DNA of 64,000 nt from Eledone cirrhosa (Eukaryota). Both the position numbers and the translations under genes were made by a program. The notes below the pieces were generated by a model. It ran no database searches. It saw nothing but the letters and a program-made list of their open reading frames with translations, and was not told the origin of the DNA. Each line of letters begins with the position of its first letter. The stretch's first letter is position 1. The stretch covers positions 87,234,001 through 87,298,000 of the forward strand of contig OZ024740.1 of assembly GCA_964016885.1 (NCBI GenBank). The letters are read 5' to 3'. This document shows, piece after piece, positions 12,225 through 23,399 of this stretch.

Positions 12225-12583
12225 ATACATATGTGTGTGTGCGTACATGTATATATATATATATATATATACATATATAATGTTTGAATATATATATATA
12301 TGTTTGTATATATATACATATATATATATATGTATATATATATACATATCTATACACACACACACACATATATATATATGTTTGTATATATATACATATA
12401 TATATATATGTATGTATATATACATATCTATATCTATATGTGTATGAATATGTATATATATATATGTATGTATATATATATACATATATATATCTATATG
12501 TGTATGAATATGTATATATATATATATATATACATATGTATATTTGTATGAATATATATATATACACACACATATATGTTTGC

Positions 12584-12648
<65 letters not shown>

Positions 12649-12678
12649 TATATATACACACACACATATATATGAGTT

Positions 12679-12723
<45 letters not shown>

Positions 12724-12772
12724 GTATGTGTGAATATATATATTCACACACACACATATATATATATATTTA
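12225..12772. repeat. Compound (TA)n/(TG)n/(CA)n microsatellite with higher-order and foldback units
   Basis: Visible; source of the YIYI-type ORFs. Confidence 0.95.
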
Positions 12773-12950
12773 TTTAGGTTTGAAGGTTCACCACTGGATA
12801 GAGCTGGTCATTCCGTATGGTCAATCTTGATGTAATATGAAGAGTACTCAACGTAAAGCAGCTCAACAGTCTTCGTTTGCGAGTACGGAGTTAAATATTA
12901 TAATAAAATAACATGAGGCTGGACTTGATTAAATCCTTGAAAAGTTTATT

Positions 12951-13008
12951 ATACTATGATCATTTCAATGACCGGGTTCTGTATGAATCCGGTGATATCA
13001 TCAGGTAT
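12951..13008 (-). ncRNA. Minimal type I hammerhead ribozyme (intact core)
   Basis: atac-CTGATGA-tatcaccggattcatacagaacccggtcatt-GAAA-tgatca-TA-gtat: stem I atac/gtat, stem II accgg/ccggt, palindromic stem III. Confidence 0.8.
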
Positions 13009-14693
13009 TCGAAATATAATAAATGAATGTAACAGATAAAATCCATGGGGCTGAAAATCATAGACCCGAGGACGACCGACCATCTAGCATCTTCCAATTT
13101 AGCTGGTCGCCCTCAAGTGCTGGCTATTTGGTCTACTTAAGGCTATCTGGTGATGGGGTGAAAGCTTATAATGTGCTACTAACCTCCTGGTCAAAGAGAA
13201 AAACAAAGACAGAAAGAAAGAAGAAAAGTCAGCGTTAATGACATGCTACAATCAGGCTAGGAATTGCCGCAAAAAATGTTATTCTAAAGAACCTATATCT
13301 TAATAGAGGTATATATAGTGGGTATATATACTTCCGTTTTACTCCACCACCACCACCACCCTAGCAATGACGGCATTTTATTTATTTTTTTATGTATTTT
13401 TTCATTTATTTATTTATACCTTTTTACTTTATTAATGTGTTTTTATTTTCGTATTCTGCTTTTATTTATCTATGTATTCTTTGTTTTTTGCCTACTGTTC
13501 CATTAATTTAGGTTTTTCCTCGCTTTACTCTCATTAAGTACATATCATTGTACTCATTAGCACACGACACTAGATATAGTATATTTGCGCTTTTCATCGG
13601 GTTTTATAATTGATTACACGCTATCATCCGACTGGTGTGGTGGTTTTCCTGGCTGTGCGCCCGGCGCCCTGGTGTATAAGTCTCCCTTGAGTACTTGGAA
13701 AAATAAATTTCCCCTTCTTTCGGTAAATGAAATTACTCGGAGCGGCCTGTTTTGCCCCAGGGCCCTCCGCGCTGCCGTTTTTGACCGCCATATAATACCT
13801 TTAAATTCTAGGCCTAATCATAACTATTAGCTGTATCATGCCTCCCTCTACTGGCACTTAAACAAATCCCCCTCCTGTGTTAATTAATAGTACTCGTTTG
13901 GTATAACGATGGCCTAACGACAATGGTTGACTTCCCAATAGCACACCCGAAGCCTAGAACAGTTACATTCCTTGAATGCTCGGAGAAATTGATTTCCATA
14001 TCTCTCGCTAGACGGTTTCACTCAAAATGGCTGACACGTGGTTAGGATGGGCTGGCCGGAGTCTGCAGTCGTCGCGTGCTGTTTGACTGCTAAACAAGGA
14101 TTTAATCTTTACTCTATATCCCACCCTGAAAACTTATCGAGGATCTCCATAATACACTTGAAATTTTTTCATAAAAGACTCTCTCTCTGTAAATTCCTTA
14201 ACTAAATCTCGCAACGCAAACCATAAATTTTTTTAAACTGTTTAATTTTTAATTTTCAATTTTTTTTTAATTTTACAATTTTAATCTTTAATTTAATTTT
14301 TTGTAAATTCATCCCATAAATCTAAACAAAAATTTAACGTCTCTATTTTCTGTTCACACATTATACCATGCAGACGCCCACTATATATACCTCTGTTAAG
14401 ATATAGGTTCTTTAGAATAACATTTTTTGCGGCAATTCCTAGCCTGATTGCAGCATGACATTAACGCTGACTTTTCTTCTTTCTTTCTGTCTTTTTTTTT
14501 TTTCTCTTTGACCGTGAGGTTAGTAACACATTATAAGCTTTCGCCCCCTCACCAGATAGCCTTAAGTAGACCGAATATCCAGCACTTGAGGGCGACCGGT
14601 TAAAGTGGAAGATGCTAGATGGTCGGTCGTCCTCGGGTCTATGATTTTCAGCCCTATGGATTTTATCTGTTACATTCATTTATTATATTTTGA

Positions 14694-14751
14694 ATACCTG
14701 ATGATATCACCGGATTCATACGGAACCCGGTCATTGAAATGATCATAGCAT
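14694..14751 (+). ncRNA. Minimal type I hammerhead ribozyme (intact core, one stem I mismatch)
   Basis: CTGATGA 14698-14704, GAAA 14736-14739, tgatca 14740-14745, predicted cleavage after 14747; AATAAA at 14752. Confidence 0.75.
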
Positions 14752-14808
14752 AATAAACCTTTCAAGGATTTACACAAGTCCAGCCTCCTGTTATTTTATT
14801 ATAATATT

Positions 14809-14938
14809 ATATATATATATATATATGAATATATATGTATGTACACAGACATATATATATATATGTATGAATATATATATATATATACACACACATATGT
14901 ATATATATAGATATATACATACACACATATATATACAT

Positions 14939-14974
<36 letters not shown>

Positions 14975-15051
14975 TTGTATGTATATTTATACATGTATAT
15001 ATATATGCATGTATAGATATTTATACATATACATGCATATATATATATATA
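14809..15051. repeat. (TA)n/(CA)n microsatellite
   Basis: Visible. Confidence 0.95.
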
Positions 15052-15639
15052 TGAAAAAGAACACAAGAGCGTCTACAACATCAAAAGATTTTTATTCGCT
15101 TACAATGTAACCGTAGGATTCGTCAGAGCTATAAAAGGGGTTTGATTGGTGTTATGGACTCTACCAACCAAACATTCAAGAACAAAGAGTAAAGAGAGTA
15201 AAGAGCAAAAGTAGGGGACGATAAGTCTAATTTTGGTGCGGGAGGGTGGGGTGTGGGTCCTTGTTTACTAGCTGCGGTCATATTCAATACCTTAATGGGA
15301 CACGGGTATACAATACCTAACTCCTATTAACCTAAGTATATATATATATATATGCATATATATATATATATATATACATGCCTATATGGCGGCTGCCAAC
15401 TCGTTTTCGAGTACGGCCACTACTTTATATCCATGTAGGAGAACCCCTACCGATGCGCTGAACGAGTGTGACTTTTTAGTCCAGCCAGCTACTTAAAAAC
15501 TCTGGTACAAACACTACATTTGTGACAATTATTGACACATAGTGCTGGGCCCATGGTACCATGTGACGACAAGTGCAGAGAGATCTCCAGATATAAAGCA
15601 ATGCCTGTGCCGTGAAGCTTTTATAGTGAGCAAAAGCAC

Positions 15640-15695
15640 TATGTATATATATATATGCATATATACATGCATATATATCTACATATATACATGCA

Positions 15696-15752
<57 letters not shown>

Positions 15753-15762
15753 CATGAATATA

Positions 15763-15820
<58 letters not shown>
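15640..15820. repeat. (TA)n microsatellite
   Basis: Visible. Confidence 0.95.
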
Positions 15821-15823
<3 letters not shown>

Positions 15824-15944
15824 ATAATAATAAATTTGAAGACTAAAATCCAAAGAGGGCTCAATAAGGATAAATATATATCAGATCTATAAGAACCGTA
15901 GAGCAAATATTTATTAAAATACCAGATTAAAGTTTAAGCAAAGA
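15821..15944 (-). mobile_element. Family B pLTR-like 3' fragment
   Basis: Near-identical to 672-772 and continues into agattaaagtttaagcaaagaat (as at 571-593), i.e. truncated inside hammerhead stem III. Confidence 0.6.
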
Positions 15945-17303
15945 ATTATAGGGGTATAAAACTGATGGATCAGGTTATGAAAGTGTCAGAAAGGATATTA
16001 GCACAACTAATTAGAAAAAGGGTCAAACTAGATGAGATGCAGTTTGGTTTTGTGCCTGGGAAGAGTACAACAGATGCCCTCTTCTTGGTGAGACAATTGC
16101 AAGAGAGGTTCTTAGAGAAGAATAAGCCACTATACTTAGCCTTTGTTGACCTAGAGAAGGCCTTTGATAGGGTACCCCGATCTGTCATCTGGTGGTCCCT
16201 AAGGAAACTAGGTGTTGAGGAACAGTGAGGACAGTGCAAACTTTGTACAGAGGTGCTGTCAGTAAATTCAGGGTAGGAATGGAGTTTAGTGAGGAATTCC
16301 AGATATAAGTAGGAGGACATCAAGGTTCGGTCCTCAGCCCGCTCTTGTTCATTATAGTCCTCCAAGCCATAACAGAGGAGTTTAAGACTGGCTGTCCATG
16401 GGAACTTCTCTATGCTGACGATCTGGTTCTTATAGCAGAATCAGTAGAGGAGCTAGAGAATAAATTCTGGCCGTAAAATTAGCAGTTGGAAGCAAGAGGA
16501 CTGAGAGTGAACCTAGCTAAGACAAAAGTGTTGATGAGTAGAAAAGAGGACAAAACTGGCACAAATTCTATAAAATGCATACAATGCAGATCATGGGTAC
16601 ACAAGAGATGTAGTGGGATAGCAGACAAACTAACAGGTAGGGAGAAATACATATGCAGTAGATGTACAGGGAAATTAGACAGTAGAAGTCTCATTGATAG
16701 ACACATTTTTCAAATGCAGGCGGGTGCTATAGAAGTGGTGGATAGCTTCCGGTACCTAGGAGATCAGATTAGCATGGGAGGGAGGGTGTTCTGAGGCCAT
16801 AGTATCTAGAATAAGAATGGGTTGGAAGAAGTTTAGGGAGCTGCTTCCTCTGCTGACGAAGAAGGGTTTCTCCCTGCATAAGAAAGGCCGGTTTTATGAT
16901 GCCTGTGTGAGGAGCGCAATGCTGCATGGTAGTGAGACATGGGCAGCAACTGCAGAGGATATGCAACGGCTGGAGAGAAATGAGGCAAGCAGGCTCTGTT
17001 GGATGTGCAATGTCAATGTGCGTGATAGAATGTAGTGTGCGAGAGAAGAGACTGAGGTGGTATAGACATGTGATGCGCATGGAGCATGACCGATGGGTGA
17101 AAAAGTGCCAGGAAATGCCAGTTGAGGGAAGACGTGGTAGAGGTAGACTACGAAAAACATGGGCGGAGGTGGTGAGAACAGACCTCAGATCACTGAAGCT
17201 CACGGTGGAGATGACGAAGGACCATGACAAGTGGAGAGATGCTGTGCTGAATAAGACCCGTCCCACCCTTGCAAGCAGGGAAAAGCGGACGTATGATGAT
17301 GAT
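15943..17303 (+). mobile_element. RTE-clade LINE fragment (RT domain to 3' end), disrupted
   Basis: NYRGIKLMDQ, QFGFVPGKSTTDA, AFVDLEKAFDRVPR, HQGSVLSPLLF, ELLYADDL, Cys-rich insert, LHGSETW, LRWYRHVMRM; stops and frameshifts; very short 3' end with (GAT)n. Confidence 0.93.
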
Positions 17304-17341
17304 AATATACATATATATATTTATACATGTGTATATATATA

Positions 17342-17397
<56 letters not shown>

Positions 17398-17405
17398 TGT
17401 ATATA

Positions 17406-17737
17406 TCATCATCATTTCATTTTACGTCCACTTTTCCCTGCTTGCAAGGGTGGGACGGGAACTGATGCTGGCTTGATTTCTACAGCTGGATGCCCTTCCT
17501 AACACCAACCTCATTTACAGTGAGTGCTGGGTGCTTTTTTGCCGTGGCACCTCCACGACCACTTTGCAGTGGAATGATAGGGACCCCAGTCAGCTGAGTA
17601 AACTGGAGCAATGTGAAATAAAGTGAAATAAAGCAATGTGAAATAAAGCTCAAGGAAACAACACATCACCCAGTCTGAGAATTGAACTCACAACCTTTCG
17701 ATTGCAAGGCCAATGCTCTAACCCCTAAGCCATGTGC

Positions 17738-17740
<3 letters not shown>
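17406..17740 (-). mobile_element. tRNA-head SINE with RTE-derived 3' tail
   Basis: Head ggcacatggcttaggggttagagc...gagttcaattctc; core ccttgagc..tttatttcacattgctccagtttactcagctg; tail matches the RTE 3'UTR at 53920-54080 plus the terminal hairpin of the 17258-17293 type. Confidence 0.85.
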
Positions 17741-17800
<60 letters not shown>

Positions 17801-17802
17801 CA

Positions 17803-18517
17803 ATTTACGTCTGCTTTTCCCTACTTGCAAGGGTGGGATGGGTCCTATTCAGCACAGCATCTCTCCATTTGTCACAGTCTTTTATCATCTCATCCGTGAG
17901 CTTCAGCGATCTGAGGTCCGCTCTCACCACCTCCGCCCATGTTTTTGGTGGTTTTCCTCTACTACGTCTTCCTTCTACTGGCATTTCTTGGCACTTCTTT
18001 ACTCAGCAGTCATCCTCCATGCGCATCACATGTCCATACCATCGCAGTCTTCTCTGCCAGCCACTACAACTTATCCCTCTTATACATAGTTTCTCTCTCA
18101 ACTCATCCATGCTTGGTTGTTCACGCACATTGACATTACACATCCAGCAGAGCATGCTTGCTTCATTTCTCTCCAGCCATCGCATATCCTCTACTGTTGC
18201 TGCCTATGTCTCACTACCATGCATCTCACACAGGCATCATATAACCATCCTTTCATACGCAGGGAGAAACCCTTCTTTGTCAGCAGGGAAAGCAGCTCCC
18301 TAAACTTCTTCCAACCTGTCATTTTAGATACTATGGCCTCGAAGCCATACTCGAAGCTATCCATCACTTCTATAGAACCTACCTGCATTTGATAAATGTG
18401 TCTATCACTGCGACTTCTACTGTCAAATTTCCCTGTACATCTACTGCATACGTAGGTTTCCCTACCTGTTAGTTTGCTTGCTATCCCACTACATCTCTTG
18501 TGTACCCAAGATCTGCA
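17803..18517 (-). mobile_element. RTE-clade LINE 3' fragment, inverted relative to 15943-17303
   Basis: MQVGSIEVMDSF, GWKKFRELLSLLTKKGFSL, RRLRWYGHVMRMEDD; same subfamily and short tail as the plus copy. Confidence 0.9.
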
Positions 18518-18542
18518 TTATATATATATTTGTATATTGTGT

Positions 18543-18872
18543 ACAGTCCACGCTGTAAATGTGGCCGTGTAGGCAACACGGTAAAAACCTCCCAGCCCCA
18601 CACTGTAAATGTGGTTGGTGTTAGGAAGGGCATCCAGCTGTAGAAAACCCGCCAGACAGTCCACGCTGTAATGTGGCCGTGTAGGCAACACGGTAAAAAC
18701 CTCCCAGCCCCACACTGTAAATGTGGTTGGTGTTAGGAAGGGCATCCAACTGTAGAAAACCCGCCAGACAGTCCTATGCGAGCAAGACAACCACTCTTGC
18801 CTCAAGTGGGAAAACCCCCGTCCAAACCCATGCAAGCGTGGAACACGGACGCTAAACCTGATGATGATGATG
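18543..18872 (+). mobile_element. RTE 3'UTR fragment identical to 1565-1894
   Basis: Same 113-bp tandem duplication with the same diagnostic variants; (GAT)n tail. Confidence 0.92.
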
Positions 18873-18879
18873 TCAAACT

Positions 18880-19078
18880 GAGACATGTCAAACTGAGGGT
18901 ACTTCAAGGGCCACATGGGTCACATATTTGTTATCTGAGCGCCACACACAACTGATTGTGTACATTACAACTAATTTTTTAAATATTAACTTTCAAAGAT
19001 AAAACATGTAAAACACTGTAATAACCTTTGTTCAGGCCACAGGTTTACTTGTAAAGGGCCGCATGTTTGACATGCCTG
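18880..19078. mobile_element. hAT-type MITE
   Basis: Termini gagacatgtcaaac / gtttgacatgcctg with subterminal aagggcc(a/g)catg motifs. Confidence 0.6.
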
Positions 19079-19304
19079 GTGTAGGTGATTCTGTGAATTA
19101 CTGGTGGTGGTACCAGTCGGGGTCCTGACTCTTTTCCTATTACTCATTCTACTACCCTAAGTATCGAGTACTCTGGTGCGTTATGGTCCACCTGGTTTCT
19201 TACCACAACTTCTTTGTTATATATATATATATATATTAATAAAAATAAAGTGTATTTAGTTTCTTATTGTGTATCGACCTGTAATGCATGTTTCACAGAA
19301 GATT

Positions 19305-19695
19305 GGCTCAAGGCCAGGATTGCTGATGAAAGGGGTCTTGTTTTATCATGACCACGGTGGTGGAAATAGCAACAATCTGTGACTGTTGATTCCAACCCTG
19401 TCCCTCACCCTCCATACTCGCCAGACCTTACATCGTCCAACTTCCACATGTTCCTAAACATGAAGCAGGCGATGTCCGAACAAACAACCCCACAGATAAT
19501 TATATCATAGACACTGTTGACACCTACCTGGAGAACCAAACTAAAGAGTTCTACTTCAGTGGGATCCAGTCACTTCACCACTGGTGGAAGAAGTGTGTGG
19601 ATTCAAAGAGAGACTGTGTTAAAAAATAAAACAAGAAAATATCTGTATATGCTACCATTGCTTGGAAACTCAAAACTTTTCAGTCATCCCTCGTA
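19305..19695 (+). pseudogene. Mariner transposon 3' fossil
   Basis: GVLFYHD, PHPPYSPDL..SNFHMF, KCVD; right TIR aaacttttcagtcatccctcg + TA. Confidence 0.75.
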
Positions 19696-20200
19696 TATAT
19701 TCATAATGTAACGTTTTATATTACATTTTATATGAAAGATGATATTTATGTGATATTCTTAGATCCGGACAATATACTTCATTTAGTTTGTTTAAGCTAT
19801 TATGTGATGCTCATTTTCTTTTCAGGGGTTAAATGATTAAGGAAATCCAAAGACTTGTTTAATTATTTACTACAGATCTTTTAGTACCAGAATGACTACT
19901 TTCTTCAGCACAGGCAAGTAGTCGACAGTCGATTGACCTTCGTCAAATCTAACCGAGGAAACAATGTTTCCATTGCTCTTTCCGATTGCTAATACTATCT
20001 ATCAGTCGCAAATCCAGGTAGAAGGAGCAACGTGAAAAATAAAGTGTCTTGCTCAAGGACATAATGAATCACCCGGTCCGTGAATCGAACTCACAACCTC
20101 ACGATAGGCAAGTAGTGGAAGTATATATTTTCTAATAGATTCCTCAGAACCAAAGCAATGATAATTACTGTGGAATTTGTTTTTTTGATTTTTCTAGATA

Positions 20201-20402
20201 TACAAAGGTTGGCTGAAAATCCATAGCCAGACCAAAATACTCTCATGGAATTACAAAATGAGGTCTAGTTTTCAACATAGTCTATGGAAAGAAACAATGT
20301 GATTATATATAAGACAATTTTGAAATTAATGCATGCAAGATGCCACAGACCTAGCAACACTTTTTCATAGTCAGCCTATGAACTTTTCAGCCCACCCTTG
20401 TA
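20201..20402 (-). mobile_element. Mariner-derived MITE
   Basis: TA-caaaggttggctgaaaa ... ttttcagcccacccttg-TA; reverse orientation of 22721-22922. Confidence 0.8.
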
Positions 20403-20629
20403 TATCATCATCAATTCTACATCTGTTTATCCCTTCTCGCATCAAATGTGTGAGACTTTTTAAAGCAGATTTTCCATTTTTTTAAAGTAAGGTATTGATT
20501 TCACATAATAAATCAGAGCCATAGGTCATAAGTGAACGTTAGCACCTGTGCATTTAGAGACAAATGTAAAACAAGACAAAGAAATGAGAAACACACAGAG
20601 TGAGTACTATTCAATTTTCACTTATCAAA

Positions 20630-20760
20630 TTTCACAAGTCATTGGTGAATGTGAGGCTGTAGAAAAATACATGACTAAGATTCCACACAATGAGGTGAAA
20701 CCCAAGACCACACAGTTGTAAAGAAAAAGCTTTAATCATGCAGCCATAACTGTGCCCATA
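20630..20760 (-). mobile_element. Degenerate tRNA-SINE (family also at 45660-45780 - and 59003-59170 +)
   Basis: Minus strand ggttatggctgcatgattaaagc..gggtttcacctc..ttctacagcctcac..ccaatgacttgtga parallels 59003-59150. Confidence 0.5.
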
Positions 20761-21084
20761 TATATTAAAAGAGGCACTAACACGTACATAACAGGGGTAT
20801 AGAAAAATAGTATATACAATATGTTTAAGTATAACAAACATACAGGAGTCTGGCTATGAATGTTTTGAAGCTGTGATCATGTCACAGCTACCTCAGCAGC
20901 CACTGACAATGCCAGGTAGCTGCTTCTCGATTTTTTCCGTCATTTACACACTCGGCACTGAGATGGGAATAAGCTAAAATCGAGAAACAGCTGTTTAAAA
21001 TATTCATTGTGAGACGTATGTTTATTATATACATACACATATACATATATATGTATACATATATACATCCAAACACATACACAC

Positions 21085-21250
21085 ACACATCAACATCATC
21101 ATTGTTCGTTTTAACCTGTTTTTCCATGCTCGCATGGGTTGGACAACTCCTTCCCAGCGTAGCATCTCTCCACTCACTGTGTTCTTTCATCATCTCTTTG
21201 AGTTTCAGTTCTCACCACCAATGCCCAGGTCTTTATTGATCTACCTCTAC
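21085..21250 (-). mobile_element. Short RTE 3' fragment
   Basis: MMKEHSEWRDATLG followed by acccatgcgagcatggaaaaac tail and (GAT)n. Confidence 0.7.
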
Positions 21251-21821
21251 TGTGGCAACTAATATTTTAACTGAATAGAAACAGTAAATAAATTCATAAA
21301 TAAACGAAAACAAAAATTGAAGAGTTACAATACAGCGATTACTATATTATGTTACACCGATAGATAAAGATCTGTCATCCTGAAGATATACATTATGGAA
21401 TCTCTACAACAGCTTCATCCAATAAGCTGTGAAATAATATAATTTTAGAAAGTAGATTAAAATTTTTTTTTCCCAGTCAAAAACGATTTTTTTCTGTCAA
21501 TTTTCATTATTGACAGATGAATTTATTTTTTCTTTACTGAATGCCTATTTTAGGAAATTAATTCTTATCTGTACCTAAATAAATAAAAATATTCAGTTTT
21601 ATTGATTATAATGAAGAATTATATTCCAAAAGATTTACTGGTGCAAAAAATATATTTAAAAAAGAATCATATTTACTGTATTAGATAAACGAGGAAAAAA
21701 CAAACATGAGGACTCCTATGCACACATACTGTATGTATATAATGTATGTGTATGTATGTGTGTGTGTAAATACATATATCATCATATATGTGTGTGTGTA
21801 TATAAAAGTATATATATCATC

Positions 21822-21859
<38 letters not shown>

Positions 21860-22720
21860 TATAGATAATATGAAATAGTAAATATTTGTAAACAACAATT
21901 GAAAAGCAAAATATAACAATGAATTAACTGATATGAATCAAACTATATATATTCTCCTCCTTCCCAGGTAAACATATTTTATAGCTTTTCTCTATTAAAT
22001 TAGTTGGCAAATATCTCCTTATATTTCAAAATGGATTTGAAAAGAAAATATTTAAAATTGTAGCATATATTTAAAATTTGGTCCACATTCTTCATATGCA
22101 TATCCACACACTTAGCCACCAGCTTTCAGAGTACATCCCTAGGCACTTTTGTTTTGAAAGAATGGTGACAACTTGTATGGAGAGGAATTGTTTTGCTATA
22201 TAGGGGCAAAGGAACCTCTCTATTGTTTGAACAGTGATAAAATGCCCCCAATGCACTTTGTATAGTAGTTTACAATTAAATGGAAACAATTTAAGATAGA
22301 AAGGGCTTATTTATTAGTCTTGTGAAATATATGGCAACCTCTCTAGTACTGGAATTCTGATTAAATGCACCCAGTACACTGTTACCTGGTTGGTGTTAGG
22401 AAGGGTATCCAACTAGAGAAACATTGTCAAAAATTGGTATATACAAGCGAGGCATGCTCCTACCCATCTCAACCTGCCTAGAAGAGCAGTATCACCAAAT
22501 ACAAATTTACTCAAAAGGTAATAGTATGTCCAACACATTCCAGCATGGTGAAATGATGATGATGAATTTATTTCACAACTTAAGTAGGAAGAAATAAGTT
22601 TTCTTCGCTAAAATATAGAGGAAATCTCTATGTGGGCATTCGACCTGCTACACATAGCAGCTACATTTTCTGCAAAGCACAACCTATTGTCTTAAAAAGG
22701 GAATAACATATTGATCAATG

Positions 22721-22922
22721 TACAAGGTTTGGCTGAAAAGTTCTTAAGCTGTCTATGAAGGAGTGATGCTAGAGCTGTGGAATCTTGTATGTATTAATTT
22801 CAACTCCTTTTATTAATACCTGCATTATTTCTTTCCAGGGACTATGTTGAAAAATAAACCCCATTTGGTCATTACATGAGAGTATCTTTTTCCGCCTATG
22901 AATGTTTCAGCTGACCCTTGCA
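22721..22922 (+). mobile_element. Mariner-derived MITE
   Basis: TA-caaggtttggctgaaaagttc ... gaatgtttcagctgacccttg. Confidence 0.8.
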
Positions 22923-23399
22923 TGGATCAATGTAGTTTTGGATATACAAACAATGGAATGATCAAAGCTGGGATGTCTTTTGATAACTGAATGGTCAATG
23001 AAGGCTGACTCCAGGCCAAACAATAATAGCTAAGCCCCCAAAACATGAAAGGAATATTTATTAATTGAAGATGTTAGTTTTAATATGGACATTAAATTTT
23101 GCACATTTGTAAACAATTTCAAAGAAAGAACATATTAATGAACTCTCTGATAAAATAAAACCTCATAACAGGGTTTAGTTAATCAGGTTTTTATGGGCAA
23201 AATTAACTGGCAAGAGAACCAGGGGTAGACCCTGAGGACGATGGCTGGATAACATTCAAGAGCTCATATGATCTTTCTTTGGGATCCTGCTGGATCAATT
23301 GGAGATGGTTGCTTCTGACAGGACCTCTAGGAGTGCATGAGGACTTACATATGCATATATATGGTAATTGAAATGAAATATATTTCATTAGAAATATGG

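Larger units (their letters stand above)
12894..14808 (+). mobile_element. Non-autonomous Penelope-like element with inverted ~430-bp terminal arms (family A)
   Basis: 12894-13322 is the reverse complement of 14377-14808 (mirror ORFs 13023-13238 + and 14461-14679 -); each arm has a hammerhead followed by AATAAA; non-coding CpG-containing body; ends in (TA)n. Confidence 0.7.

Noticed and set aside
12068-12830. Long YIYI/ICIC-type ORFs (also 1954-2329, 14791-15906, 63711-63999)
   Set aside because: Translations of (TA)n/(TG)n microsatellites, which lack stop codons by composition.
13023-13238. Duplicated 71-72 aa ORF MNVTDKIH... (mirror at 14461-14679)
   Set aside because: Duplicated only because it lies in the inverted arms; antisense to the hammerhead and polyA signal, with no recognisable domain.
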